Part shown: positions 59,304 to 64,000 of the stretch, piece after piece
Numbering within the stretch: position 1 is the stretch's first letter
Layout: every line of letters begins with the position of its first letter
Assembly (NCBI GenBank): GCA_963663865.1
Contig: OY760686.1
Span: 1,792,001-1,856,000, forward strand
DNA: 64,000 bases
DNA from: Spirochaetota bacterium
GTDB lineage: Bacteria; Spirochaetota; UBA4802; UBA5550
Direction: 5' to 3'
Translations under genes and position numbers: made by a program
Notes under the pieces: model-generated
What the model saw: only the letters and a program-made list of their open reading frames with translations
Told to the model about the DNA's origin: nothing
Database searches by the model: none

Positions 59304-59972
59304 TCACATCTTTTTTTGTTCGAAAATAAAAGGAGTGTTCCGCATCGCGCCTTCGATGTCAAGGCCGTAGCCTCCTGCCCAGACGTCAGGGATAAAAAAG
59401 CCTGTGTAATCAGGTTTTATTTTTTTTCTGAGTTCGCTCACAGCCGCGGAAGGATTATCGAGCTTCTTGTTCAGCAGCGTGCATATTCTTATCGAGTTCA
59501 CGGTACGCACAATGCTCAGATAGTCGAGCATCCATGCCAGAGTGAAACCCTGGTCGATGATATCCTCAACTACTATAATATCCCGACCTTCAATTTCAGG
59601 CGGCGTCATAATCAGTTTGATGCGCCGGTCTGTTTCTCCTTCTTCTTTCCGTCCGTTTCCGTACGCGCTGAGTTTTATGAAGTGCAGATTTACGCTTATG
59701 CGGTATTTTCTGAAAAGCTCTCTTGAGAGGTCAGCGGCAAAAATACAGGAGCCGTTAAGTACGGCAAGAAAGTCAATGCCGCTTTCCTGTTTGTCGTTTG
59801 CCAGTTCATCGGCAAGAACAGTAATTCTTTTCTGCAGGCATGCTTCAGGAATAAGAACTGACGGGTGTAAAGCCTCGCAAGCGGTTATGGGGTTTGAAGA
59901 ATCCCTGACTCCGGCGGCCGGCACTTCTACCGGAAAAAGATAGTCAGAGTCAATCAGTATACGCTGTTTCAT
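59304..59972 (-). CDS. hpt: Hypoxanthine phosphoribosyltransferase-like protein
   Basis: VLNGSCIFAADL, IIVVEDIIDQGFTL PRPP-binding motif, GYGLD...RN. ATG59972 overlaps the upstream stop. Confidence 0.82.
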   Translation of the reverse strand: MKQRILIDSDYLFPVEVPAAGVRDSSNPITACEALHPSVLIPEACLQKRITVLADELANDKQESGIDFLAVLNGSCIFAADLSRELFRKYRISVNLHFIKLSAYGNGRKEEGETDRRIKLIMTPPEIEGRDIIVVEDIIDQGFTLAWMLDYLSIVRTVNSIRICTLLNKKLDNPSAAVSELRKKIKPDYTGFFIPDVWAGGYGLDIEGAMRNTPFIFEQKKM

Positions 59973-61453
59973 ATCGCTTCCTTTTGTTTTCTTCCGCGCA
60001 CATGCCACTCGTACATCGCAAGAGTTGCCGCAATGGGAGCGTTTAGAGATTCCACGCAGTCGGAAAGAGGCAGTGAAAAGGAGTTCTTTCTCAATGCTTC
60101 CGGAAGCCCAGGGCCCTCAAGGCCGGGTATCAGGATAAAGCTTTCGGGGAAACTGGCAGCCTCTATCGGTTCGCCCGAGCTGTCGAGGGACATTACCGGG
60201 CAGCAGAGTGACTCGGGATCAATATCGTATATCGACGGCCCCCTGAATATCTCAGCTGAGAATACCGTACCGGAAGAAGATCTTACGGCCCTGGGGTGAT
60301 AGGGGTTCGCGGCCTCCTGGAGCATTACCATGCGTTTTATTCCCATAGCGCATGCGCTTCTGATGACAGTGCCTACATTGGCCGGATCCTGAAACGGAAT
60401 CATCAGCGTGCATCCGGGGGAGGGCTGCCTGTCCCATTCGGCTACGAACGGCACTCTCACTGTGAGAAGTGGCGACTCCGTTTTATAAAGATCAATCTCG
60501 TTAAAAAGGGCTTTTTTAAGAATTATAAGCTTTCCTCTTTCGTGATAATCCATCATAATCTGATTAAAGTTATCGTTCTTTTCGCTGTATCCGTCAAAGA
60601 TGATAAGGTGCTCTTTTTTTATGTCGCTGTTGTTGAGTATTTCCCTGACTATCTTTTTACCGCTTATTATTGTAGCTCCCTGCTTTTTTACGCCTTCAAC
60701 GCTGGTGAGTTTTTTTATGGTCTTGTAAGTTCTGTTGTCAGCTGAGGCGATCGGAATGCCTATTGTTTCCGATGGATCATGGAAGATATGATACTTTTTT
60801 TCAAAAGTAGAAGATGTTTTCTGGAAGATGAGCAGCCTGCGCCTGTGTGATGATTGCGGAAGCGTGTATTCGAGGTCACGGTCAACGCGGTAATCAGCGC
60901 TGTTGGAGGGGGCAAGGGCGTTAAGGTCCTTATCTGCTTCAGGACCCTTCATGAATAGTACACGGCCGCCGCCAGGGAGAAAGTGTTTGACTCTATCGAG
61001 GGTGTCGTTTACTGATTCAAGAGCCCTTGTTATTACTCCGTTAACATCGAAATACGACTTGTCGGTAACCTTGTGAGGATATATCTCTACCCTGTCAAGC
61101 CCGAGCTCAGCTATTACTGTTTCCATGAACTTGACCCTTCTGAATCTTGGCTCAGCCAGAATTATTCTCAGATTAGGCATGAAAATTTTTAGCGGAATAC
61201 CGGGAAAGCCGGCCCCTGTTCCAATGTCGACAATAGAGTCAGGTATCTCTGTCAGTCTGGTAAAGTATATTGAATCAATAAAGTGTTTAATAACGATATC
61301 CTCAAAGGTTTTAAGCCTGGTAAGGTCATACTCCTCATTGTAACGGATTAAGAGCTGGTAGAAGATGTAAAACTGATCCTCCTGGAGTCCGGTTAATGGC
61401 ATACCACAGGCGTTGAAAATATCAGTCATGTTTTCTTTTGTTCGTAATTGCAT
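59969..61453 (-). CDS. rsmG: Fusion of 16S rRNA m7G527 methyltransferase RsmG and a TrmH/SpoU (SPOUT) methyltransferase
   Basis: N-half: KHFIDS, DIGTGAGFPGIPL, VITRAL, FMKG. C-half: QDPANVGTVIRSA, PRAVRSSSG, GLEGPGL, ESLNAPIA. Confidence 0.88.
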   Translation of the reverse strand: MQLRTKENMTDIFNACGMPLTGLQEDQFYIFYQLLIRYNEEYDLTRLKTFEDIVIKHFIDSIYFTRLTEIPDSIVDIGTGAGFPGIPLKIFMPNLRIILAEPRFRRVKFMETVIAELGLDRVEIYPHKVTDKSYFDVNGVITRALESVNDTLDRVKHFLPGGGRVLFMKGPEADKDLNALAPSNSADYRVDRDLEYTLPQSSHRRRLLIFQKTSSTFEKKYHIFHDPSETIGIPIASADNRTYKTIKKLTSVEGVKKQGATIISGKKIVREILNNSDIKKEHLIIFDGYSEKNDNFNQIMMDYHERGKLIILKKALFNEIDLYKTESPLLTVRVPFVAEWDRQPSPGCTLMIPFQDPANVGTVIRSACAMGIKRMVMLQEAANPYHPRAVRSSSGTVFSAEIFRGPSIYDIDPESLCCPVMSLDSSGEPIEAASFPESFILIPGLEGPGLPEALRKNSFSLPLSDCVESLNAPIAATLAMYEWHVRGRKQKEAI

Positions 61454-61640
61454 ATTCCTCTGTAGGGGGCTGATTTATAGTAATGGTATCATGCAACACT
61501 TATTGACAAAACCTGAAAAGTAAATAAAGTGACTTTCAGGTTTTAACATTTACCCTTGCCGTTGAGTTGCGCGATGCGTTAAGGTTATAATTTATTTGTG
61601 ACGGAAAATATCAATAACAAAATGGATACGGGTTTTAAAG

Positions 61641-62021
61641 ATGGATAATGACGAATTTATACCACCATGCGATGAATGCGGAGGGACTTGCTGCCGCTAT
61701 GTGGCCATTGAAATAGACAGGCCGGCAACAAAGACTGACTATGATCATATAAGATGGTATCTTCTGCACGAAAAGGTTAATGTTTTTGTCGATCATGACA
61801 GGAAATGGTATGTTGAATTCAGGACACCATGCACGAAACAGTTTCCTGACAACCGCTGCGGAATTTATGAAGAAAGGCCCAATATCTGCAGGGGGCATGG
61901 TACCGGGGAGGGAGAATGTGAATTTTATGATTCTCCATACAGCCTCTATTTTTCTACAGAAGAGGAGTTTGTGAATTATCTTGATTCTAAAAACCGCAAT
62001 TGGAGATTCAAAAAGCGCTGA
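61641..62021 (+). CDS. YkgJ-family (CxxCxxCC) cysteine-cluster protein
   Basis: CDECGGTCC...PC...RCGIYEERPNICR. Confidence 0.85.
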   Translation: MDNDEFIPPCDECGGTCCRYVAIEIDRPATKTDYDHIRWYLLHEKVNVFVDHDRKWYVEFRTPCTKQFPDNRCGIYEERPNICRGHGTGEGECEFYDSPYSLYFSTEEEFVNYLDSKNRNWRFKKR

Positions 62022-62074
62022 AACGCTTTTATTAAGATATCAAGTGAATCATAATATCTTCCGAAAATCCTGTT

Positions 62075-63238
62075 ATGAAGGTTAAACGTTCAAAGACAAT
62101 TGCTGCAGCGGCCATTTTAATTGTAAGCGGGGCTGTGCTTCTTCTCAGGGCACAGAACCGAACTCAGGAAGGCCTGAGCAGCGCCGAGTTGGCTGATATT
62201 GAAAATGCTATAATTATCAACGGCATTGAAATGTCAAGCGATGAGCCGCAAATTATTGATGAGGAGACTGATTCCAAAACCGGGCAATCGGCCGGTAAAA
62301 TTATATACGATGACTCCATTGTCTCTGTCGGAGCGGAAGAGGTTCAAACACTTCCACAGGGAAAAGGCAAAAGCAGCGATTTCCCGTCAGGCAAAACCAT
62401 CATGGAATCGCTGAAAAAAAAGGACGGCCGTTTTCATCTCGTTGACTATGTTATTCAAAGCGGAGACAATCTCTGGAACATCGCTGAAAGGTGCGGAGTC
62501 AGCCATACCGATCTGATTCACTTAAACGGCATAAGAAACGCTGACTGCATCAGGTCGGGAAGAATAATAAAAGTGCCGTCCAGGGCGGGGGTATATCATA
62601 CTGTAAAAAAAGGAGATACGCTTACAGAGCTTGCTTCAGTTTATAATGCTGATGTCGAGCGTATTGAGCGTCATAACAAAATAAAAAAGTCGTTGATTAT
62701 TGCTGGAGAGCGGATTTTTATTCCTGACGGGCGAAGGCCCCGGGAAGCAAAGGCAGATGTTTCTCCCAACCGCAGCGGGGGCGGGATGATTTCGTCAGCC
62801 AAAACGAAGAAAACACAGATTGCTTCCTCTGCCAAAAAGTCATCAACGTTGTCGGGGCTCAAGTTCGCATGGCCTCTCAGGGGCCGAATAACCTCCGGAT
62901 TCGGAAGAAGAACCAATCCTATTGAGGGCGGGAAGCACTTTCATTGCGGAATCGATATCAGCGTAAATTCCGGGACTCCCGTAAAAGCCGCAGAGAGCGG
63001 GAAAGTAATCTTCAGCGGATGGAAGGGCGGATACGGAAAGGCCGTCATTATTCGTCATGCCGGCGGCTATATATCAGTCTATGCCCACAACAGTGAAAAT
63101 CTTTGCAGTCCGGGACAGGCGGTTAAAAAGGGTGAGGTTGTAGCGAAGTCTGGAATGACAGGAGCTGTAACCGGTGCACACCTGCATTTTGAGATAAGAA
63201 AATATGTTACGCCCCTCAATCCAATGAGGTTTCTATGA
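62075..63238 (+). CDS. LysM-containing M23 peptidase
   Basis: N-terminal TM, two LysM domains (YVIQSGDNLWNIA, HTVKKGDTL), M23 motifs HCGIDI, YAHN, TGAHLHFEIR. Confidence 0.9.
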   Translation: MKVKRSKTIAAAAILIVSGAVLLLRAQNRTQEGLSSAELADIENAIIINGIEMSSDEPQIIDEETDSKTGQSAGKIIYDDSIVSVGAEEVQTLPQGKGKSSDFPSGKTIMESLKKKDGRFHLVDYVIQSGDNLWNIAERCGVSHTDLIHLNGIRNADCIRSGRIIKVPSRAGVYHTVKKGDTLTELASVYNADVERIERHNKIKKSLIIAGERIFIPDGRRPREAKADVSPNRSGGGMISSAKTKKTQIASSAKKSSTLSGLKFAWPLRGRITSGFGRRTNPIEGGKHFHCGIDISVNSGTPVKAAESGKVIFSGWKGGYGKAVIIRHAGGYISVYAHNSENLCSPGQAVKKGEVVAKSGMTGAVTGAHLHFEIRKYVTPLNPMRFL

Positions 63239-64000
63239 GTTCAGTTTTGCGTATCTCCATTTGTCTTCTTTCTTTGCTTGCGGTCTCCAACTTGAGCGAA
63301 GTTGAAGCAGTCCAGCTCAAAAGGACCGGGCCGGAACGGACCAGCGCCTTCTATTCTCAGGCTGATCAGCATGGCTGGTCTGTAGATGTCGTCGGTAAGA
63401 TAATGTCATTTTCATCTCTGGATTATGCGGATGGCGATAACCTTTCCGGTAAAGCCAGAGTAAAATCGGCGGTTACAGTCCGACTCTTTGAACAGCAGGG
63501 AATAAGGGAAGGTGATGAACTCTTCGTAATCGATTCAAAAAATCTGATAACAGCGCGTATAAATGTAAAGAGAGTTTTTCAGTCAAAGTCTTTTGGATGG
63601 ATGATGATCGGAAACGGTAATTTTCGCAACTGCAGGCAAAACGACAGGGTAGTTCAGCGAAGGGTCTCCGGAGCTTCTGATTATGCCAATATTCACAGGG
63701 TGCGGGGCGACTATTTCCGCAATACTGGAGACAACGGGAAGGCCATCTTCGAATATAAAAACGCTATCAAACTCGATCCGGGATGTCCTGAAGCAAGAAT
63801 GGGGCTTGGCCTTCTCTATCTTCAGGACAATATGCTTCAATTTGCCTTCAATGAGCTCCTTCTGGCTTACGGCCGGCTCAGCCATGTGTATGACAGGGAG
63901 GACAGGTTTTTAATACTGGGCGGACTGGCGCAAATACGTTTCAGGGAATACTTCGAACTGGATTTACCGGAAAGCAGGCTTGTGAAATTCCGTGATGAAG
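63235..64000 (+). CDS. Secreted TPR-containing protein, truncated by the window end
   Basis: ATG63235 overlaps the M23 stop; MSSVLRISICLLSLLAVS signal; TPR GDYFRNTGDNGKAIFEYKNAIKLDPGCPEARMGLG; frame stays open to 64000 (absent from the ORF track). Confidence 0.75.
   Translation, partial: MSSVLRISICLLSLLAVSNLSEVEAVQLKRTGPERTSAFYSQADQHGWSVDVVGKIMSFSSLDYADGDNLSGKARVKSAVTVRLFEQQGIREGDELFVIDSKNLITARINVKRVFQSKSFGWMMIGNGNFRNCRQNDRVVQRRVSGASDYANIHRVRGDYFRNTGDNGKAIFEYKNAIKLDPGCPEARMGLGLLYLQDNMLQFAFNELLLAYGRLSHVYDREDRFLILGGLAQIRFREYFELDLPESRLVKFRDE

Noticed and set aside
1-64000. CRISPR arrays, tRNA or rRNA genes, integrases, phage or defence genes
   Set aside because: No regularly spaced repeats, cloverleaf or rRNA-like sequence, or such protein motifs were seen by eye.

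Overview
64 kb of chromosomal DNA from an anaerobic, fermentative, diderm, flagellated bacterium. A spirochaete is inferred from lipobox style, MotA/MotB sequence style and TM-AraC/TPR proteins; this is not proven. No rRNA, tRNA or CRISPR array was seen. Main blocks in order: (1) an AT-rich segment with a membrane-bound AraC regulator, a palindrome and a large FG-GAP lipoprotein; (2) purT, an RND pump with an ABC ATPase, and rex-adhE; (3) two tandem outer-membrane barrel paralogues; (4) two ABC-F genes and tex; (5) an AT-rich patch with IS3 and IS21 remnants; (6) a four-subunit NAD-linked [FeFe]-hydrogenase followed by hydE-aspA-hydF, with no hydG; (7) c-di-GMP, chemotaxis and motAB genes; (8) feoA-feoB-exbB-exbD-tonB-TonB-dependent receptor-feoC with three matching GTTAG-N6-CTAAC-like operators; (9) a hybrid histidine kinase, metY-cysK-Rrf2, hpt, an RsmG-SPOUT fusion and a LysM/M23 peptidase. 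The best candidate for an undescribed system is the Feo operon with a complete TonB/ExbBD/CxxC-plug receptor cassette inside it. All calls come from motif recognition by eye; no database searches were run.
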